DNA of 10,000 bases, from assembly GCA_036128675.1 (NCBI GenBank), contig JAYYQC010000118.1, positions 1-10,000 on the forward strand. The letters run 5' to 3'. Made by a program: the position numbers and the translations under genes. The DNA is from Myxococcota bacterium. GTDB lineage: Bacteria; Myxococcota; XYA12-FULL-58-9; JABJBS01. This document shows, one piece after another, positions 6,251 through 10,000 of the stretch. The stretch's first letter is position 1, and each line of letters starts with the position of its first letter. The notes below the pieces were generated by a model that saw only the letters and a program-made list of their open reading frames with translations, ran no database searches and was not told the DNA's origin.

Positions 6251-6655
6251 ATGATGAACTTAGTCTTTGTTATCGCAATGAATGCCGCGTTGGCCTGTGG
6301 GGATGCGAAGGCATCGGTGGAATTTGATGTTCCAGCTTCAGTACTGACCGTCAACGATGGTACCGAACTACTTCGTGAGTTGAGTGGCGTTTTGCTAAAA
6401 GATGGCAAAATTACTCTGGATGCTAAGAATGGACTTATTCGAGGTACACAGCAGGCGTTCGGTGATTATCGGGTCTCATTAAACATGGACCGCCGACAAC
6501 TGGCGCTCTCCTGCGGTGCGGCGAAGGCTACCACCGAAGTCACCACGAAGCGTCACGCTCGGGGACGCCGCTTCGCATCAAGCTCAGCGCAGACCTCTCG
6601 TTGCGAACGAGAAGTTTCTGCAATGATCCAGACGCATCTAACGGCGTCACGTTGA
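6251..6655 (+). CDS. Hypothetical small exported protein (134 aa) with an N-terminal signal peptide and a possible lipobox (ALAC). The C-terminal third is Arg/Ser/Thr-rich.
   Basis: ATGATG at 6251 lies 5 nt after a perfect AAGGAG and 7 nt after the glutaminase stop. MMNLVFVIAMNAALAC|GDAKA is a Sec/lipoprotein-type leader. The ORF fills the whole gap between the glutaminase and the convergent yqjG. I recognise no family. Confidence 0.55.
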   Translation: MMNLVFVIAMNAALACGDAKASVEFDVPASVLTVNDGTELLRELSGVLLKDGKITLDAKNGLIRGTQQAFGDYRVSLNMDRRQLALSCGAAKATTEVTTKRHARGRRFASSSAQTSRCEREVSAMIQTHLTASR

Positions 6656-6659
6656 AATC

Positions 6660-7646
6660 CTAAACTGGGAAGCGCTCGGCTCGATCGTGAGAACGATTGA
6701 AGTCGAGCGCAGGTCCTTCCGGCACTATCTGGGTAGGGTTAATGTTTGCGTGGCTATAATAATAGTGGCGCTTAATCTGCTCGATATGGGTTGTCGCTGC
6801 GATGCCTGGTACTTGGTAGAGCTCTCGTAGAAAGTTTGAAAGAGCAGGGTAGTCTTCGATCCTCTGACGGTTACACTTAAAGTGCCCAACATAAACCGCA
6901 TCGAAGCGAATCAAAGTCGTAAAGAGTCGCCAGTCCGCCTCGGTAATTTGATTGCCCACAAGGTAGCGGTTGGTATTCAAGATGGACTCAACCCAATCCA
7001 GCGCCCCGAAGAGCTCCGCAAAAGCCTCCTGATAGGCATCGTGGCTGGTTGCGAAGCCACATCGATACACCCCGTTGTTGATGGTGTGGTAGACCCGCTC
7101 GTTGATGACGTCGATTTCCGAGCGTAGAACTTCCGGGCACAAGTCGAGTGTCGAGCCGGTCAATCCATCGAAGGCAGAGTTCAGCATCCGGATGATTTCA
7201 CTGGATTCGTTACTCACGATGGTCTCAGTTTGACGGTCCCATAAAATGGGGACGGTAACTCGTCCGGAATAGGTCGGCTCCGCTCGGGTGTAGAGCTGGT
7301 GGGCGTAATCAGACCCGTAGAGTGCATCGCCATCGGAGCCCTCACATCGCTCAAAAGTCCAGCCTTGCTCGAGCATATCGGGATGGACGGCCGAGACACC
7401 GATGTGGTCTGTGAGTTCTTTCAGTTCACGAAAAATGAGGGTTCGATGCGCCCAGGGACAGGCATGCGAGATGTAGAGATGGTACCGGCCTGACTCCGCT
7501 TTAAAACCGCTATCGCCTGTCGGGCCAGCGGAGCCGTCAGGGGTGACCCAGCTGCGAAACTGCGCGTCTTCTCTAACGAATTTCCCGCCTGAGGTCTTGG
7601 TATCGTACCAGCGATCCTGCCATTTTCCATCGACCAAGAGGCCCAT
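6660..7646 (-). CDS. yqjG: Glutathionyl-hydroquinone reductase / Xi-class glutathione S-transferase (YqjG/ECM4 family)
   Basis: GRYHLYISHACPWAHRTLIFRELKEL matches the YqjG active-site CPWA motif. Its length (328 aa), the N-terminal WYDTK...GKFVRE and the C-terminal GST-fold motifs are consistent. SD AGGAG lies 7 nt before the ATG at 7646 on the - strand. Confidence 0.88.
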   Translation of the reverse strand: MGLLVDGKWQDRWYDTKTSGGKFVREDAQFRSWVTPDGSAGPTGDSGFKAESGRYHLYISHACPWAHRTLIFRELKELTDHIGVSAVHPDMLEQGWTFERCEGSDGDALYGSDYAHQLYTRAEPTYSGRVTVPILWDRQTETIVSNESSEIIRMLNSAFDGLTGSTLDLCPEVLRSEIDVINERVYHTINNGVYRCGFATSHDAYQEAFAELFGALDWVESILNTNRYLVGNQITEADWRLFTTLIRFDAVYVGHFKCNRQRIEDYPALSNFLRELYQVPGIAATTHIEQIKRHYYYSHANINPTQIVPEGPALDFNRSHDRAERFPV

Positions 7647-7715
7647 ATCTCACTCCTGTAATTCTTAGGCCTTAGTTTGTGCAAAATTTCTTTCAGTTCA
7701 ACCCAACGATGGCAA

Positions 7716-7743
7716 TTGACAGATTTCAGAGTGCTATTATTAT
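7716..7743 (+). promoter_or_regulatory. Sigma70-type promoter for the SPFH gene: -35 TTGACA (7716-7721), 16-nt spacer, -10 TATTAT (7738-7743)
   Basis: A consensus -35 and a near-consensus -10 sit in an AT-rich tract 25-50 nt upstream of the SD AAGGAG (7758-7763). Confidence 0.5.
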
Positions 7744-7755
7744 GATATCATAATA
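7738..7755. promoter_or_regulatory. 18-bp perfect palindrome TATTATGATATCATAATA overlapping the -10 element and transcription start region of the SPFH promoter. Candidate operator.
   Basis: Symmetry was verified base by base, with the centre between 7746 and 7747. Confidence 0.5.
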
Positions 7756-7767
7756 GTAAGGAGAAAA

Positions 7768-8628
7768 ATGATGATGCAAAAAGAAAAGGCAATGAAGCCT
7801 ATTGCTGGGCTTCCGGTAGTGTTGGTCGGGTTATTGTTGGTGGGTGCACTTGTTGTTGGCTTGATTTCCCGATTGCTGCACCCTGGACTCGGAGTCGTAT
7901 TGTTGGCGTTGGTAATCTTCTCGGGCTTTGGACTTTTTATGGTGCATCCGAATCAGGCAAAGGTGCTCCAACTCTTTGGTAAATATATTGGCACCGCTAA
8001 AGAGCCTGGTCTTCGATGGGCGAACCCATTTTTTACAAAGCTGAATGTTTCGACAAGGATCCGAAACTTCGAAACTTCAAAGCTTAAAGTCAACGACCAG
8101 CGAGGTAATCCAATCGAAATCGCAGCGGTTGTTGTTTGGAAGGTCGTTGATACCGCCGAAGCGGTTTTCGAAGTCAATGACTTTGAAAATTTCGTTAGGG
8201 TCCAGAGCGAAGCTGCGATTCGAACATTGGCATGCCAGTACCCATACGACGCCCATGGTGAGGATGAAGTATCATTGGTGAGTAATACGACACTGATATC
8301 CGGCCGATTGAAGGAAGAGGTACAGGGGCGTCTTGATAAAGCGGGTATCGAGATCATTGAGACCCGTATGTCGCATTTAGCTTATTCCCCTGAAATTGCA
8401 CAGGCAATGTTGCGGCGTCAGCAGGCCAGCGCAGTCATTGCTGCGCGTCGGGAAATTGTTGATGGTGCAGTCGGGATGGTAGAGCATGCACTCGAAGATC
8501 TCTCAGCGAAAAAGGTAGTGGATTTGGATGAAGAGCGTAAAGCAGCAATGGTGAGCAATCTCTTGGTCGTGCTTTGTTCTGAGTCGGAAACACAGCCAAT
8601 CATTAATACCGGTAGTCTTTACAACTAG
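7768..8628 (+). CDS. SPFH/band-7 (stomatin/prohibitin-like) membrane protein with two N-terminal transmembrane helices
   Basis: VLQLFGKYIGTAKEPGLRWANPFF...TSKLKVNDQRGNPIEIAAVVVWKVVDTAEAVFEVNDFENFVRVQSEAAIRTLA shows the SPFH pattern, followed by the C-terminal helical region EIAQAMLRRQQASAVIAARREIVDG. TM helices: PIAGLPVVLVGLLLVGALVVGLI and GLGVVLLALVIFSGFGLFMV. Three in-frame ATGs (7768, 7771, 7774) follow the SD. Confidence 0.88.
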   Translation: MMMQKEKAMKPIAGLPVVLVGLLLVGALVVGLISRLLHPGLGVVLLALVIFSGFGLFMVHPNQAKVLQLFGKYIGTAKEPGLRWANPFFTKLNVSTRIRNFETSKLKVNDQRGNPIEIAAVVVWKVVDTAEAVFEVNDFENFVRVQSEAAIRTLACQYPYDAHGEDEVSLVSNTTLISGRLKEEVQGRLDKAGIEIIETRMSHLAYSPEIAQAMLRRQQASAVIAARREIVDGAVGMVEHALEDLSAKKVVDLDEERKAAMVSNLLVVLCSESETQPIINTGSLYN

Positions 8629-8640
8629 TAGTGGTTGGTT

Positions 8641-8808
8641 GTGCCAAATAAAAAGCAAATACTTCTGAGACTGGACCCTGAGACCCACGATGCTTTGAAG
8701 CGCTGGGCGGACGATGAGTTGCGCAGTGTCAATGCTCAGATAGAGTATGTGCTACGGGAGTCGCTCCGAAACTCGGGGCGATTGTCGAAGCCGAAGAAAA
8801 AAATCTAA
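8641..8808 (+). CDS. Arc/MetJ-type ribbon-helix-helix DNA-binding protein (55 aa). Absent from the ORF track because it is under 60 aa.
   Basis: Manual translation from GTG 8641: [55 protein letters not shown], stop TAA 8806-8808. The beta-strand ILLRL, helix [10 protein letters not shown], the RS(V/L)NAQIEY and the LRESL pattern are those of widespread small Arc-like RHH proteins. It begins 12 nt after the SPFH stop. An alternative TTG start at 8635 exists, and no clear SD is present. Confidence 0.6.
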   Translation: MPNKKQILLRLDPETHDALKRWADDELRSVNAQIEYVLRESLRNSGRLSKPKKKI

Positions 8809-8815
8809 GTGGGCT

Positions 8816-9625
8816 CTAATTCTTGGGTGCCCTTTGTCGGCTGACTCGACTCAAAACGAGATGTGTCAACCCGGCAAGGTGTCTTGAGATCCAAACAATG
8901 AGTTTGCCGTGATTCGTGATAATGACCTCGCGTTTGCGGCGATAGAGTGCTCTGCTTATCTGTGAGGCGGCTTTTTCGGCCGACATCACTAGCCAGGCAG
9001 GAACTGGGTCTTTAGCATGTTCACGGTAGACACCTTGATTGTTTACTTGACGAATTTCGGATGCGACAAAACCCGGGCAGATCAAGGTGGTGCTGATACC
9101 GTCGCTTCGCCATTCAGCCCACAATGATTGTGCGAGCGCGCGCACCGCAAATTTACTCATCGCATACGCCGAGTTTCCCGGAAGACTCACAAAGCTATTT
9201 ACACTTCCGACAATCGCTGCACGCCCTTGGCTCTTTTGGAGTTCTGGGTGGGCGGCACGGAGGGTATTCATGACGCCATAGACGTTGGTCTCAAGCTGAC
9301 GTTGGTAGTCGTCGTTGGTAAGTTTCAACAATGAGCCCGCAACGCCAAACCCAGCATTTGCGACGACCATATCTAAGCGCCCATAAGCGCCGATGATCCG
9401 GGCTACCGCATTGGTCATAGCCTCAGGCTCGGTGACGTCGCATTGGATTGCGAGCGCTTTTGCACCACCTGCGGTCAATGAGTCCACTAAGCTCTCAAGT
9501 CTCTCGAGGCGCCGAGCCCCAACCGCAACTGTGGCACCTTCGCTGGCGAGCTTTCGGGCTAAGGCTTCCCCGATGCCTGCAGAAGCTCCGGTGATAAAAA
9601 CAACTGAATTTGACCAGCGACCCAT
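8816..9625 (-). CDS. Short-chain dehydrogenase/reductase (classical SDR) family oxidoreductase
   Basis: VVFITGASAGIGEALARKL (TGxxxGIG cofactor motif), VANAGFG (NAG), catalytic S...YAMSKFAV (YxxxK). AAGGAG lies 8 nt upstream of the ATG at 9625 on the - strand. Confidence 0.9.
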   Translation of the reverse strand: MGRWSNSVVFITGASAGIGEALARKLASEGATVAVGARRLERLESLVDSLTAGGAKALAIQCDVTEPEAMTNAVARIIGAYGRLDMVVANAGFGVAGSLLKLTNDDYQRQLETNVYGVMNTLRAAHPELQKSQGRAAIVGSVNSFVSLPGNSAYAMSKFAVRALAQSLWAEWRSDGISTTLICPGFVASEIRQVNNQGVYREHAKDPVPAWLVMSAEKAASQISRALYRRKREVIITNHGKLIVWISRHLAGLTHLVLSRVSRQRAPKN

Positions 9626-9721
9626 CGATGCTACTCCTTTGTGATGGCAGACTCCTACGGTTGAGCGCGGTCTTTGGTCAAGGCTGAGTCTGGTTAGAGC
9701 TCAGAGCCACATCGATAAAAC

Positions 9722-9744
9722 CCAGGTAATTGCCGGTTACCTGG
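9722..9744. promoter_or_regulatory. Inverted repeat CCAGGTAA-N7-TTACCTGG in the SDR/GMC divergent intergenic region
   Basis: ccaggtaattgccggttacctgg read directly. Both arms are 8 bp and perfect. Confidence 0.4.
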
Positions 9745-9756
9745 TCTCCGCTCTTT

Positions 9757-9830
9757 GAGATTGGTAATCTCGGATCTGACCAATCCGTTATAATTTGGTA
9801 ATAGGTGGTAAGAGCAGTTGGCATTACCAA
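9757..9830. promoter_or_regulatory. Cluster of TTGGTAAT / ATTACCAA motifs: GAGATTGGTAATCTC (9757-9771), TTGGTAAT (9795-9802), GGTGGTAAG (9805-9813), ATTACCAA (9823-9830). A TATAAT -10-like hexamer sits at 9789-9794.
   Basis: With the arms of the 9722-9744 repeat, the pentamer GGTAA/TTACC occurs 6 times in about 110 bp. About 0.2 would be expected by chance. The last two full motifs form TTGGTAAT-N20-ATTACCAA. Confidence 0.4.
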
Positions 9831-9902
9831 TTCTTTCTGGCTAGATATAAGCTCGGGCATAGAGCACTATCATCGCGCGGTCCGAACGGGATTGGAGAAA
9901 GT

Positions 9903-10000
9903 ATGCGGGATTACACGACGATCATAGTTGGCGCTGGCTCTGCGGGTGCGGTTATTGCGGCGAGGATGACAGAATCCTCAGACCATAATGTGTTGTTGAT
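9903..10000 (+). CDS. GMC-family FAD-dependent oxidoreductase (choline-dehydrogenase-like), N-terminal fragment running off the window
   Basis: [33 protein letters not shown] carries the GMC/Rossmann GxGxxG FAD-binding start ([21 protein letters not shown]...VLLLEAG pattern). SD GGAGAAAG lies 4-11 nt before the ATG at 9903. Confidence 0.8.
   Translation, partial: [32 protein letters not shown]

Noticed and set aside
7768-8628. Impression of lower GC in the SPFH gene and its promoter compared with neighbours, which might indicate horizontal acquisition
   Set aside because: It is only an eyeball impression. The promoter is naturally AT-rich, and membrane-protein codons (Leu/Val/Phe/Ile) lower GC. 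A windowed GC/GC3 calculation and codon-usage comparison would be needed.
22-9644. Numerous 60-200-aa ORFs in the six-frame track that lie inside or antisense to the long genes (e.g. 22-237, 213-461, 841-1026, 1764-2033, 2042-2374, 2844-3071, 3709-4314, 4623-5042, 5547-5885, 6082-6408, 6882-7127, 7421-7684, 7953-8357, 8503-8688, 9087-9281, 9393-9644)
   Set aside because: All are nested in or opposite to ORFs with clear family motifs. Their translations are low-complexity, Ser/Arg/Pro-rich and typical of out-of-frame reads of GC-rich coding DNA. None has an RBS or a recognisable motif.
9678-9860. 60-aa ORF on the minus strand in the SDR/GMC intergenic region
   Set aside because: It spans the repeat-rich divergent promoter region, has no SD and gives a low-complexity translation. 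The repeats are better explained as operators.
1-10000. Search for CRISPR arrays, IS/transposase remnants, integrases, tRNA/rRNA genes, long direct repeats
   Set aside because: None found. Intergenic regions are short (228 bp or less) and all long ORFs have metabolic, transport or regulatory family signatures. There are no terminal inverted repeats, no repeat-spacer periodicity, and no tRNA-like cloverleaf candidates in the few intergenic stretches.

Overview
Bacterial-style chromosomal segment with dense genes, Shine-Dalgarno sites, translationally coupled overlaps and about 52-55% GC. Its core is a nitrogen-assimilation neighbourhood. Left to right: the 3-prime two-thirds of an Amt-family ammonium transporter whose C-terminal tail carries tandem MshEN-like motifs (the c-di-GMP-binding GspE N-terminal type); a convergent NarL/LuxR-family two-component pair, where a HisKA_3 sensor kinase with two transmembrane segments, a periplasmic helical domain and a PAS domain is overlapped at its start by its response regulator; then a probable operon on the + strand of type II (eukaryote-like) glutamine synthetase glnII, a full-length kidney-type glutaminase (N-terminal helical domain, Ser-Lys catalytic domain, C-terminal ankyrin repeats) that I recall as unusually close to metazoan GLS, and a small signal-peptide protein. 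Downstream are housekeeping-type genes: a YqjG-type glutathionyl-hydroquinone reductase, an SPFH/band-7 membrane protein with a strong promoter whose -10 sits inside an 18-bp perfect palindrome, a 55-aa Arc/MetJ ribbon-helix-helix protein 12 bp after the SPFH gene, an SDR oxidoreductase, and the start of a GMC-family FAD oxidoreductase. The SDR/GMC divergent intergenic region is packed with GGTAA/TTACC repeats. I found no CRISPR array, IS element, tRNA or rRNA. The most interesting items are the Amt-MshEN fusion, the glnII-glutaminase synthesis/hydrolysis pairing with a metazoan-like ankyrin glutaminase, and two operator-like repeat clusters. All homology calls come from reading motifs in the translations. 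No database search was run.
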